A DNA stretch of 16,722 bases, from assembly GCA_040902005.1 (NCBI GenBank), contig JBBDYA010000030.1:22410-39131 (forward strand), written 5' to 3'. The stretch's first letter is position 1. Each line of letters begins with the position of its first letter. The notes under the pieces are model-generated. The model did not search any database. It was given only the letters and a program-made list of their open reading frames with translations, and had not been told where the DNA came from. The stretch comes from Gemmatimonadaceae bacterium (GTDB lineage: Bacteria; Gemmatimonadota; Gemmatimonadetes; Gemmatimonadales; Gemmatimonadaceae). The translations under genes were made by a program, and so were the position numbers. Shown here piece by piece: positions 1 through 8,369 of this stretch.

Positions 1-614
1 GGGGCGGCCCCCCCCCCCCCCCCGCCCGGTTCGCTCGAGGGCACGAACGGCGCCGCCATCACCAGGTTGGGGCGCCCCGAGATCCCGTCGCCATCGACGT
101 CGAGCGAATCCACGTTGGCGAGGATCGCCCCCACCGGGATCGCCTCGATCAGCCCCACGCCGAACACCGGCGGAGGCAGCCGGATGGAGCGTGGGTACGG
201 TCCGTCCGGAAACACCTCTGGTTCGGCGCCGGAAATGGCCTTCGTTTGCAGTTGCGGCCCGCCGAGCTCGCTCAGAAATCCATCGGCCTCGGTGCCGAAG
301 CGGATCAGGGCGTTGCGCAGCAGCCCGCGACCGTCGCCGCTGTGACACGTGGCGCAGGACACGTCGTTGAAGATCGGGCCCAGCCCCGTGTTGGGCGCGA
401 ACTGGCGACCGAACTCCTCGTCGCCGCGCGCGAACGCGGCCAGTTCGGCTTGCGACAGTCCCTCCACCGGCGCGTCGAAGATGTCCCCGTCCGGGGGCCC
501 GACGGTCGTGAGCTGGTCGCACGCCGATACGGCGACGAGAATGACGGCGACGGCGGCAACGAATCGTGGCAGCCGGGTCGCCGGCGTGACATGGGAGCTG
601 CGATGCACGGGCAC
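1..614 (-). CDS. Di-heme oxidoreductase (DHOR/thiol-oxidoreductase-like) family lipoprotein, N-terminal part; runs off the window edge
   Basis: Not in the ORF track because it has no stop in the window. My translation from GTG 614 (or 608) reads MPVHRSSHVTPATRLPRFVAAVAVILVAVSA-CDQLTTVGPPDGDIFDAPVEGLSQAELAAFARGDEEF...GLGPIFNDVSCATCHSGDGRG...GGPQLQ...RLPPPVFGVGLIEAIP...DVDGDGISGRPN. It has a lipobox-like VSA-C and a heme c motif CATCH (356-342). The GLGPxFN..C..CH...GRG, PPxFGxGLxEAI and D.DGDGISGR.N motifs are typical of this family. In-frame TAG upstream at 635-633. Confidence 0.85.
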   Translation of the reverse strand, partial: MPVHRSSHVTPATRLPRFVAAVAVILVAVSACDQLTTVGPPDGDIFDAPVEGLSQAELAAFARGDEEFGRQFAPNTGLGPIFNDVSCATCHSGDGRGLLRNALIRFGTEADGFLSELGGPQLQTKAISGAEPEVFPDGPYPRSIRLPPPVFGVGLIEAIPVGAILANVDSLDVDGDGISGRPNLVMAAPFVPSSEPGGGGGGAA

Positions 615-621
615 ACCATGG

Positions 622-663
622 ATTAGGTGTGCCTAATTTATGAATTACCCGGACCTAACGCAA
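622..663 (-). promoter_or_regulatory. sigma70-like promoter for the di-heme gene, overlapped by two DtxR/MntR-like operator palindromes
   Basis: Minus strand TTGCGT (663-658)-N17-TAAATT (640-635). Perfect inverted repeat ATTAGG-tgtg-CCTAAT at 622-637. Degenerate copy TTAcc-cgga-CCTAA at 645-658, 22 bp from the first. The stretch is AT-rich within a GC-rich context. Confidence 0.65.
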
Positions 664-1473
664 CTGCCCCTGGTGCTCGCGGATCCGAACACCGCCGTTC
701 GTCGTCGTCGCGCTCACCCGCGGACCGCCCTTGCCCAGCGTCGTCGTGATCCGGCGGCCAATGGAACCGCGCACCGTGATCGGGAAATCGATGTTCATGC
801 CGCCGTTCACGGTGCCCGTTTCCAGCTCCGCGTTGTAGCCGCGGGGAACGTCGAGCGTGACACCCCCGTTGGTGGTCCGGAGGTCCAGGCCGCCGCCGGT
901 CCAGGTCGTGCCGGACAGTTGCGCCGACACACCGCCATTGGTGGTCTCCGCGCGCACGTTGCCCGACACGTCCCGCAGCGAGATGCCGCCGTTCACGGTG
1001 CGGAGCTCCATACGGCCATCCACACCATCCACGCTGATGCCGCCATTGTGCGCCTCGGCGTCCAGGTTGGTCGCGCGAGGGACCCAGACTTCATAGCTCA
1101 CCGACCAGCTCGTGTAGCGGCGGTTGGCAGGACCGTCGGCGCGAATGCGGTCGCCATCCGTGGAGATCCTCACGTCCCTGGAAAGCGATTCCGCGTCGGC
1201 GCGAGTGTCCGCGTGGGTCTGGATCAGGGCGCGGACCATGACGTCCTTGCGATCCCAGGCGTGGAAGGAGACCCCGCCGTTGTCCCGGCCGTCCACCCTG
1301 AGGATGCTGGCCGGCGCCGCGATCGTCGCGTCGCGTACTTCGCAGAACCGCTCCCGGCGGCCGCCGTAGTCGTCGCAATTCCGCATGAAGCGCTCGGCGC
1401 GGGACTCGGGCACCTGGGCGATCACTGGCGAGGCGAACAGGGCGAGCAACAGGGCGGTGGACATTCTGGACAT
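655..1473 (-). CDS. Secreted DUF4097-family beta-strand repeat (adhesin-like) protein, ~272 aa
   Basis: Likely start ATG 1473, preceded by GGAG-AACCAC. Signal peptide MSRMSTALLLALFASPVIA. Repeated (T/A)xNGG(I/V)xL motifs: AHNGGIS, TVNGGIS, TTNGGVS, TTNGGVT, TVNGGMN, TTNGGVR. Confidence 0.85.
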   Translation of the reverse strand: MSRMSTALLLALFASPVIAQVPESRAERFMRNCDDYGGRRERFCEVRDATIAAPASILRVDGRDNGGVSFHAWDRKDVMVRALIQTHADTRADAESLSRDVRISTDGDRIRADGPANRRYTSWSVSYEVWVPRATNLDAEAHNGGISVDGVDGRMELRTVNGGISLRDVSGNVRAETTNGGVSAQLSGTTWTGGGLDLRTTNGGVTLDVPRGYNAELETGTVNGGMNIDFPITVRGSIGRRITTTLGKGGPRVSATTTNGGVRIREHQGQLR

Positions 1474-1618
1474 GTGGTTCTCCGATTCGATGTATCTGGG
1501 TCGCCTGGTCTGACAGCCCTCGGCGGCCGAAGGTTGGCAGGGTCGAGGCGCAGGGTGCAGCGCGTACGCGGTCGCGGTATCTTCTCGCAACGGACGATCT
1601 TGCCTCAGGGGAGCTGGA

Positions 1619-2710
1619 ATGCCTACGAGACTGTACGCGCTTCACGACGCCGGTGTTTCCATCTGGCTCGATTTCATCGAACGCACCATGCTGCACGACG
1701 GGGATCTCGAGCGTCGCATCCGGGACGAGGCGTTGACGGGCATGACGTCGAATCCCACGATCTTCGAGAAGGCGCTGGCGACGGGGGGCGCGTACGACGC
1801 GCAGCTCCGCGATGCGCCCGCCGACCTCACGCCGCTGCAGCTGTTCGAGCTGGTGGAAACCACGGACGTGCGCGATGCGTGCGATCGGTTTCGCGGCGTG
1901 TACGACCGGACGAATGGGGACGACGGCTACGTCTCGATCGAGGTGTCCCCCGGCGCCGCGCACGATGCGGCCGCGACGGTAGCCGAGGCGAACCGGCTCT
2001 GGCGCACCGTGGACCGTCCCAACGTGATGATCAAGGTGCCCGGAACCGCCCAGGGCGCCGAGGCGGTGCAGCGGCTGATCGCCGACGGCATCAATGTGAA
2101 CATCACCCTCCTCTTCGCGCTCGAGGCGCATGACCGCGTGATTGACGCCTACATGGCCGGGCTGGAAGAGCGGGTGAAGCGGAACCTGCCCGTGGACCGC
2201 TTGGCGTCCGTGGCCAGCTTCTTCGTGTCGCGGGTGGACTCGGAGGTGGACAAGCGACTGGGCGATTCCCGTCAGTTGCAGGGGAAAGCAGCCATCGCGA
2301 ACGCGCGACTCGCCTACCAGCTCTTCGTCGATCGGTTCGCGAGCGCGCGCTGGAAGGCGCTCGAGGCGCAGGGCGCGCGCGTGCAGAAGCCGCTGTGGGC
2401 GAGCACCAGCACGAAGAATCCCGCGTACCGCGATGTCATGTACGTGGAGGAGCTGATCGGCCCGCGCTCCATCAATACGCTGCCACCGCAAACCCTCGAC
2501 GCCTTCAGGGACCATGGCCACGTGTCGCGCACGGTGGACGCGAACCTGGACGACGCGCGGCAGGTCATCGCGCAGCTCGAGGGCGCGGGGATCGCGATGC
2601 GCGACGTGACCGACCAGCTGCTGGTCGAGGGCCTCGCGTCGTTCCAGAAGTCCTTCGACGCGCTGATCGCCGGCATTGCCAGGAAGCGGGAGCTCGTCGG
2701 CACGCGATGA
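1619..2710 (+). CDS. tal: Transaldolase (long, actinobacterial/plant-like type)
   Basis: Motifs SIWLD, GMTSNPTIFEKA, GYVSIEVSP, NVMIKVPGT (Schiff-base Lys), NVNITLLF, ASFFVSRVD and PLWASTSTKNP. GGAG RBS upstream. Confidence 0.96.
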   Translation: MPTRLYALHDAGVSIWLDFIERTMLHDGDLERRIRDEALTGMTSNPTIFEKALATGGAYDAQLRDAPADLTPLQLFELVETTDVRDACDRFRGVYDRTNGDDGYVSIEVSPGAAHDAAATVAEANRLWRTVDRPNVMIKVPGTAQGAEAVQRLIADGINVNITLLFALEAHDRVIDAYMAGLEERVKRNLPVDRLASVASFFVSRVDSEVDKRLGDSRQLQGKAAIANARLAYQLFVDRFASARWKALEAQGARVQKPLWASTSTKNPAYRDVMYVEELIGPRSINTLPPQTLDAFRDHGHVSRTVDANLDDARQVIAQLEGAGIAMRDVTDQLLVEGLASFQKSFDALIAGIARKRELVGTR

Positions 2711-4107
2711 CCTTCTGCCGAACGAAGATCGTCTGTACGCTGGGTCCCGCCACTGCCACGCGCGACGCGATCAAGGGGCTGGTGGCGGCCGGGTTGAACG
2801 TTGCCCGCATCAATTTTTCGCATGGCACGCACGAGCAGCATGCGGAAACGATCCGGCTGATTCGCGCGGTCGCGGACGAGCTGCAACGGCCAGTCGCGAT
2901 TCTCGGCGACCTGCAGGGTCCGCGCATCCGCATCGGAGAGCTGGCGACGCCACGCCAGCTCGACAGCGGCGTCGACGTGGTGCTCACGCCGGAGAACCTG
3001 GCGCAGGCCAACGAGGTGCCCGTCACGTACGAGCGGCTCGCCACCGACCTGCACGTGGGCGATCGCATCCTCGTCGATGACGGGCTGCTGGAGTTCGTGG
3101 TCGTCGAGGTGCAGGCGCCGCGCGTGTCGGCGCGCGTCCTGCACGGCGGCGCGCTGCGCAGCCACAAGGGCATGAACTTCCCCGGCGTGACCGTGACCGC
3201 GCCCTCGCTCACCGACAAGGACCGCGCGGACGTGGCCTTCGCGATCGCGCAGGACCTGGAGTACCTCGCGCTCAGCTTCGTGCGACGCTCCCAGGACGTG
3301 GACGCGCTGCGCGCGCTGGTGCCGAAAGGGATGCTCCTCATCGCCAAGATCGAGAAGGATTCGGCGCTCGAGAACATCGAGAGCATCGTGCAGGCCGCCG
3401 ACGGCGTCATGGTCGCCCGCGGTGACCTCGGGGTGGAGCTCCCCTTCGAGCAGGTGCCGCTCGCGCAGAAGCGAATCATCGGGCTGGCGAACCAGATCGG
3501 CCGCCCCGTGATCACCGCAACGCAGATGCTGGAGTCCATGGTGACGAATCCGCGCCCCACGCGCGCCGAGGCCAGCGACGTGGCGAACGCGATTCTCGAC
3601 GGCACGGATGCCGTCATGCTCTCGGCGGAAACGGCATCCGGGCAGTATCCGCGCCTCGCCGTGGAGGCGATGACGCGCATCATCTCGGAGATCGAGAAGC
3701 ATCCGCGCTCGACCCGCCGCGACGAGCGCCAGGCGCGCGGCGCGGTCTCCACGGAGTTCGCCATCGCGGCGGCCAGCGGGGCCGCGGTGCGCATGCTGGG
3801 CGCGCCCGCGCTCATCGTCTTCACGAAGAGCGGATTCAGCGCGCGCATCGTCGCGTCCCAGCGCCCCAGCGTGCCGATCCTCGTGCTCACGGACGAACCG
3901 CGCACGTACCGGCAGCTGGCGCTGGTGTGGGGGGTGATCCCGGAGCTGGTGAAGCATTGCCACACCTACGACGAGATGGTGACCCTCGGGCTCGACGCGG
4001 TGCGCCGTCGGGGGCTGGCGAAGGCGGGTGACCAGGTGGTCGTCACGGCGGGCGTCCCTTTCGACGTGCCGGGAACGACGAACACCATGAAGGTGGAAAC
4101 CGCGTAG
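2707..4107 (+). CDS. pyk: Pyruvate kinase, 466 aa
   Basis: True start is the ATG at 2707, overlapping the tal stop (ATGA). Motifs RTKIVCTLGPAT, ARINFSHG, DLQGPRIR, IAKIE, DGVMVARGDLGVE, TATQMLESM, PTRAEASDVANAILDGTDAVMLSAETA. Confidence 0.97.
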   Translation: MTFCRTKIVCTLGPATATRDAIKGLVAAGLNVARINFSHGTHEQHAETIRLIRAVADELQRPVAILGDLQGPRIRIGELATPRQLDSGVDVVLTPENLAQANEVPVTYERLATDLHVGDRILVDDGLLEFVVVEVQAPRVSARVLHGGALRSHKGMNFPGVTVTAPSLTDKDRADVAFAIAQDLEYLALSFVRRSQDVDALRALVPKGMLLIAKIEKDSALENIESIVQAADGVMVARGDLGVELPFEQVPLAQKRIIGLANQIGRPVITATQMLESMVTNPRPTRAEASDVANAILDGTDAVMLSAETASGQYPRLAVEAMTRIISEIEKHPRSTRRDERQARGAVSTEFAIAAASGAAVRMLGAPALIVFTKSGFSARIVASQRPSVPILVLTDEPRTYRQLALVWGVIPELVKHCHTYDEMVTLGLDAVRRRGLAKAGDQVVVTAGVPFDVPGTTNTMKVETA

Positions 4108-4109
4108 CG

Positions 4110-4892
4110 GTGAAGCTGACCTTTCTTGGCACCGGCACCTCGTTCGGCGTCCCGCAGCTCGGATGTCACTGCGACGTGTGCCGGTCCCCGGACCCCCGCG
4201 ACAAGCGGACCCGCGTGGGCGCCGTGGTCGAGACACGTGGTGGCACCCGCATCCTGATCGACACGCCGCCCGAACTGCGACTCCAGCTCGTGAACGCGGG
4301 CATCGACCGGGTGGATGCCGTGCTGTTCACGCACGACCACGCCGATCACACACACGGCATCGACGATCTCCGCGCCATTTCCGTCCGGCGCAGCGGGCCG
4401 CTGCCGTTCTACGGATCGGCGGAAACGATGGACTCGCTGCGGCACAAGTTCGGCTACATCCTGGACCAGGACGTGCGGCCGCTGCCCGGAACGTCCAAGC
4501 CCGAAGGCAGCGCGCGCGTCATCGCGGCCAACGAGGAGTTCACCGTGGGCGACGCGCAGGTCCTCGCGGTCAGCGTGCCCCACGGTCCCTGGCCCGTGTT
4601 CGGGTATCGCATCGGGCCGGTCGCGTACGTCACCGACGCCAAGGAGGTGCCGCCCGACGTCGTGCAGCGGCTGCGCGGCGTGCGCGTGCTGGTGATCAAC
4701 GCGCTCTTCCGGACGGAGCACCCCACGCACCTGAGCATTCCCGAAGCGCTCGACGTCGCGAGGGCCGTCGGCGCCGAGCGCACGTACCTCACGCACCTGA
4801 CGCACGAGAACTTTCACGCGGACCTCGAGTCCGAACTCCTGCCGCGCGGCGTCACTCCGGCATTCGACGGCCTGACCGTGCGCATCGACTGA
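4110..4892 (+). CDS. MBL-fold metallo-hydrolase, PhnP-like phosphodiesterase family
   Basis: N-terminal FLGTGTSFGVP..GCHCDVC (PhnP-like Cys cluster), LIDTPPELR, HxHxDH motif THDHADH, and later PHG, YVTD, HL and THLTH motifs. GTG start 2 nt after the pyk stop. Confidence 0.88.
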   Translation: MKLTFLGTGTSFGVPQLGCHCDVCRSPDPRDKRTRVGAVVETRGGTRILIDTPPELRLQLVNAGIDRVDAVLFTHDHADHTHGIDDLRAISVRRSGPLPFYGSAETMDSLRHKFGYILDQDVRPLPGTSKPEGSARVIAANEEFTVGDAQVLAVSVPHGPWPVFGYRIGPVAYVTDAKEVPPDVVQRLRGVRVLVINALFRTEHPTHLSIPEALDVARAVGAERTYLTHLTHENFHADLESELLPRGVTPAFDGLTVRID

Positions 4893-4893
4893 C

Positions 4894-6273
4894 ATGATAC
4901 GCATCGACTTCACCAACATGCTGGGTCCGACCGTCGCGGGCGGCGTGCCGCGGGCCGACTGGGAGCAGGCGGGTGAGCTGTTCTCCCGCGCGCACGCCGG
5001 CATGCAGCGGCGGCGCGAGGCCGGCGAACTCGGATTCCTCGATCTCCCCGCGAACGCGGCGCTGCACGCCCAGTCCACCGATTTCGCGAAACGGACGCGC
5101 GCGAAGTTCGACGACGTCGTCGTGCTGGGCATCGGCGGCTCGGCCCTGGGGCCGGTCGCGATGCGCACCGCGCTGCGCAAGCCACTGTGGAACATGCTGG
5201 ACGCGGGCGAGCGGGACATGCGCCCGCGGCTGCACGTACTCGACAATCTCGATCCGCTCACCATCACGGCGATGCTCGACCGCGTGCGGCTCGAGCGCAC
5301 GCTGTTCGTGGTCACGTCGAAGTCCGGCGGAACGGCCGAGACCATGTCGCAGTACCTCGTGGTGCGCGAGCAGCTGGAGCGGGAGCAGCTCGCGGCCCGC
5401 GATCACATCGTCTTCGTCACCGATCCGGTCAACGGAGCACTGCGCCCGATTGCCGCGGCGGAGGGCATACCCGCGCTGGACATCCCGGCGAACGTGGGCG
5501 GCCGCTTCAGCGTCCTGTCTCCGGTCGGGATGCTGCCTGCGGCGCTGGTGGGCATCCAGACGACGCAGGTCCTCGCGGGCGCCGGTGACATGGCGACGCG
5601 GTGCCTCTCGCCCGCGTTGGCGGACAACCCCGCCGGCGTGTTTGCCACGCTCCAGTTCATGGCGGACACCCGGGCGGGGAAGCACATCCACGTCCTGATG
5701 CCGTACAGCGATGCGCTGCGGGACATGGCCGCGTGGTTCGTGCAGCTGTGGGCGGAAAGCCTCGGCAAGGCGCGCGCGTCGGGCGACCACGTCGGTCCGA
5801 CGCCGCTGGCGGCGCTCGGCGCCACGGACCAGCACAGCCAGGTGCAGCTGTTCATGGAAGGGCCGGCGGACAAGACCATCACCTTCATTGCCGTGGGAAC
5901 CCGCGGCGGAGACGTCGAAATTCCGCGCCTGCACGCCGGCATCCCGGACCTCGCGTATCTCGGGGGTCATACCCTGGGCGCGGTGCTCGACATCGAGCGG
6001 CGGGCCACGGCGGGCGCGCTGGCGCGCCGCGGACGCCCCAACATGACCATCGAGCTCGAACGCGTGAGTCCCGCGTCCATCGGCGCGCTCTTCATGCTGC
6101 TCGAGTGCGCGACGATCTATGCCGGCGCGCTGTATGACGTGAATCCGCTGGATCAGCCCGGCGTGGAGCTCGGCAAGCAGTTCACCTACGCCATGCTCGG
6201 CCGCGCCGGCTTCGACGATGCGCGGGCGGAATGGGACCGGCTGCCGAAGCCCGACCCCCGCTGCATCGTGTAG
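4894..6273 (+). CDS. pgi: Glucose-6-phosphate isomerase
   Basis: Motifs VVLGIGGSALG, VTSKSGGTAET, NVGGRFSVLS, QLWAESLGK, GATDQHSQVQL and NPLDQPGVELGK. Confidence 0.96.
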   Translation: MIRIDFTNMLGPTVAGGVPRADWEQAGELFSRAHAGMQRRREAGELGFLDLPANAALHAQSTDFAKRTRAKFDDVVVLGIGGSALGPVAMRTALRKPLWNMLDAGERDMRPRLHVLDNLDPLTITAMLDRVRLERTLFVVTSKSGGTAETMSQYLVVREQLEREQLAARDHIVFVTDPVNGALRPIAAAEGIPALDIPANVGGRFSVLSPVGMLPAALVGIQTTQVLAGAGDMATRCLSPALADNPAGVFATLQFMADTRAGKHIHVLMPYSDALRDMAAWFVQLWAESLGKARASGDHVGPTPLAALGATDQHSQVQLFMEGPADKTITFIAVGTRGGDVEIPRLHAGIPDLAYLGGHTLGAVLDIERRATAGALARRGRPNMTIELERVSPASIGALFMLLECATIYAGALYDVNPLDQPGVELGKQFTYAMLGRAGFDDARAEWDRLPKPDPRCIV

Positions 6274-6285
6274 ATTGCACGGGCC

Positions 6286-7680
6286 ATGACCACCGATTTC
6301 TTCAACGACGCCGTCACGGTGCAGGGCGACACGGTCACCGTGAACGATCCCACGGCGCTCGAGTCCGACCGGATGGACGCGTTGGTCCGCGCGGCCGTGT
6401 TCGGTGGTCAGGATGCACGGGAGTACGCGCGCTGGCTGGTGTGGGAGATTGGCCAGGCGGTTGGCGTTCGCGCCGCCTCCATCCACGACCTGTACATCGC
6501 CCGCGGCCGCGGTGAAATCGGCGGTTTCACCGTCCCCGCCATCAACGTCCGCGGCCTCTCCTACGATACCGGGCGCTCGATCTTCCGAACCGCGAAGACG
6601 CTGAAGGCCGGCGCCTTCATTCTCGAGATCGCCCGATCCGAGATCGGCTACACGGACCAGCGCCCCGCCGAATACGTCTCCGTGATGCTCGCGGCGGCGC
6701 TGCGCGAGGGTCACCGCGGCCCGGTGTTCATTCAGGGCGACCACTTCCAGGTCAATCACAAGAAGTTCGCCGTGGACCCGGCCACCGAGGTGAACGCCGT
6801 AAAAGCGCTCGTGCACGAAGCCGTGGCGGCGGGGTTTTACAACATCGACATCGACACCTCGACGCTCGTGGACCTCGCGAAGACCACGCTCGCCGAGCAG
6901 CAGCGCCTGAACTACGAAGTGGGCATCGACATCCTGAGGACCGTGCGCGCGAAGGAGCCCGTCGGGGTCACGATTTCCGTGGGCGGTGAGATCGGCGAGG
7001 TGGGCACCGAGAACAGCACCGAGCCGGAATTGCGCGCGTACATGGACGGGTTCAACCGCACCCTGCCAGAGGGCATCGTGGGCCTGTCCAAGATCAGCGT
7101 GCAGTCCGGGACGTCGCACGGTGGAGTGGTGCTCGCGGATGGCGGTATCGCGGACGTCGCGCTGGACCTCGATACGCTGGAGCGCCTGTCCACCGTGGCG
7201 CGCGAGGAGTACGGGCTCGCCGGCGCGGTGCAGCATGGCGCCTCCACGCTGCCCGACGAAGCGTTCAACAACTTCCCCGCTCGTGAAACGGCCGAGATCC
7301 ACCTGGCCACCAACTTCCAGACCATGCTGTTCAACCATCTCCCCGCGACCATCCGCGAGGAGATCTATGCCTGGTTGCGCGAGCACGCCAAGGACGAGCG
7401 CAAGGCAACGGATACCGACGAGCAGTTTTTCTACAAGACCCGGAAAAAGGCGCTCGGACCGTTCAAGAAGATGTTCTGGGACTTGCCGGGCGACCTGCGG
7501 GCACGGCTCGGGAAGGCATACGACGAGAAATTCACCTTCCTCTTCCAGCAACTCGCCATCGGCGGCACCAGCCAGTACGTGGACCGGTACGTGAAGCCGC
7601 CCGTGCAGCACCGGCCGTGGCCGTCGAGGGGGCAGGCTGCCGTCGCCGCAGCTCCAGACGATACCTCGCTGAGCGACTAG
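6286..7680 (+). CDS. fba: Class II (metal-dependent) fructose-bisphosphate aldolase family protein, long form
   Basis: Motifs FTVPAINVR, QGDHFQ (D-H), GGEIGEVG, SGTSHGG, VQHGASTLP and EIHLAT, supplying the class II Zn-binding His residues. Located in a glycolytic operon. Confidence 0.85.
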   Translation: MTTDFFNDAVTVQGDTVTVNDPTALESDRMDALVRAAVFGGQDAREYARWLVWEIGQAVGVRAASIHDLYIARGRGEIGGFTVPAINVRGLSYDTGRSIFRTAKTLKAGAFILEIARSEIGYTDQRPAEYVSVMLAAALREGHRGPVFIQGDHFQVNHKKFAVDPATEVNAVKALVHEAVAAGFYNIDIDTSTLVDLAKTTLAEQQRLNYEVGIDILRTVRAKEPVGVTISVGGEIGEVGTENSTEPELRAYMDGFNRTLPEGIVGLSKISVQSGTSHGGVVLADGGIADVALDLDTLERLSTVAREEYGLAGAVQHGASTLPDEAFNNFPARETAEIHLATNFQTMLFNHLPATIREEIYAWLREHAKDERKATDTDEQFFYKTRKKALGPFKKMFWDLPGDLRARLGKAYDEKFTFLFQQLAIGGTSQYVDRYVKPPVQHRPWPSRGQAAVAAAPDDTSLSD

Positions 7681-7731
7681 CTTACGCTGGGCGGCGGGCA
7701 GGCCGCGCGGGAACTTCAGTGCAAGGGACGA

Positions 7732-8352
7732 ATGCGTGGTTCGATGCCGGACGATACGCTGGACCGGCTCTGGCTGGCGGTGCTTCAGGAAATCGTTGAC
7801 ATGGCGGCGCACGAGCTCAAGGACGTCCTCAACGGCGTGTCGCTGAACCTCGAGGTCGTTCGGTCGCGGTCCGGCACCGCCGCCGGTATGGAAGGAGGAC
7901 GGGTGGCGCCGTTCGCCGTGGCCGCGGCCGACCAGCTTGCGGTATTGACCGACCGGGTCGAGGCGCTGCTGTTCCTTGGGCGTCCCGCGCGCAATCCCGC
8001 GGATGTCGCCCTCGCCCTGAGGCACCTTGCGGCGCTGCTCGTGCCAGCGACCAGGTCAGATGGATGCTCGCTGGCAGTAACCGGTTACGGCGCGGCGACA
8101 CCGACATCTGTTCGGGCGCAGGCCGTCCGGTTGGCGCTTGGCTCATCGATGCTCGTGCTGACGAAAAGGGGCGGAAACGGCCTGTGCGGGCTTTCCGCCG
8201 CTGGATCAGGCTCCGCCACAGTGGTCCGTTTTTCGCACGAGTCCGCTGCTGCGTTGGACCTGGACCCCGAGATCGCCGCGGCGATTGTGGCGGACGACAT
8301 CCATGTTCAGAGGTCTGATGGAGACCTGCTGCTCGAATTTCCAGGACCCTGA
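7732..8352 (+). CDS. Sensor-less histidine-kinase-like protein (HisKA H-box plus degenerate ATPase-like domain)
   Basis: H-box-like AAHELKDVLNGVSLNLE close to the N-terminus. I see no transmembrane or sensor region and no recognisable N-box or DxGxG. Stop is 17 nt before a response regulator. Alternative start at 7744. Confidence 0.6.
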   Translation: MRGSMPDDTLDRLWLAVLQEIVDMAAHELKDVLNGVSLNLEVVRSRSGTAAGMEGGRVAPFAVAAADQLAVLTDRVEALLFLGRPARNPADVALALRHLAALLVPATRSDGCSLAVTGYGAATPTSVRAQAVRLALGSSMLVLTKRGGNGLCGLSAAGSGSATVVRFSHESAAALDLDPEIAAAIVADDIHVQRSDGDLLLEFPGP

Positions 8353-8369
8353 CTCCCGACGAACGCATC

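Noticed and set aside
8..23. C16 homopolymer (G16 on the coding strand of the di-heme gene) as a phase-variation tract
   Set aside because: It sits at the very edge of the sequence, and the other end also stops in G-rich DNA. A sequencing or assembly artefact in a Gly-rich segment is more likely; read-level data would be needed.
640..2133. 497-aa plus-strand ORF
   Set aside because: Antisense to the DUF4097 gene and out of frame with tal; Arg/Ala-rich with no motifs.
2395..2706. N-terminal extensions in the ORF track for pyk (also YtxH from 9446, Big_2 from 11331, dehydrogenase from 12797, DUF4097 from 1590)
   Set aside because: They overlap neighbouring genes, promoters or terminators. Family N-termini and signal peptides begin at the downstream ATGs used above.
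7707..7723. GGGAACTTCAGTGCA as a sigma54 or ECF promoter for the HisKA-like gene
   Set aside because: GG-N10-GC spacing is present but the flanks match poorly, the predicted start would fall on the first ATG, and no suitable ECF -10 element is visible.
4852..8025. Very long antisense ORFs (1057 aa here; also 2314-4236, 2565-3965, 3966-5345, 8307-9632, 15403-16509)
   Set aside because: These are shadows of real high-GC genes on the opposite strand. They show no recognisable motifs and are expected from codon bias.
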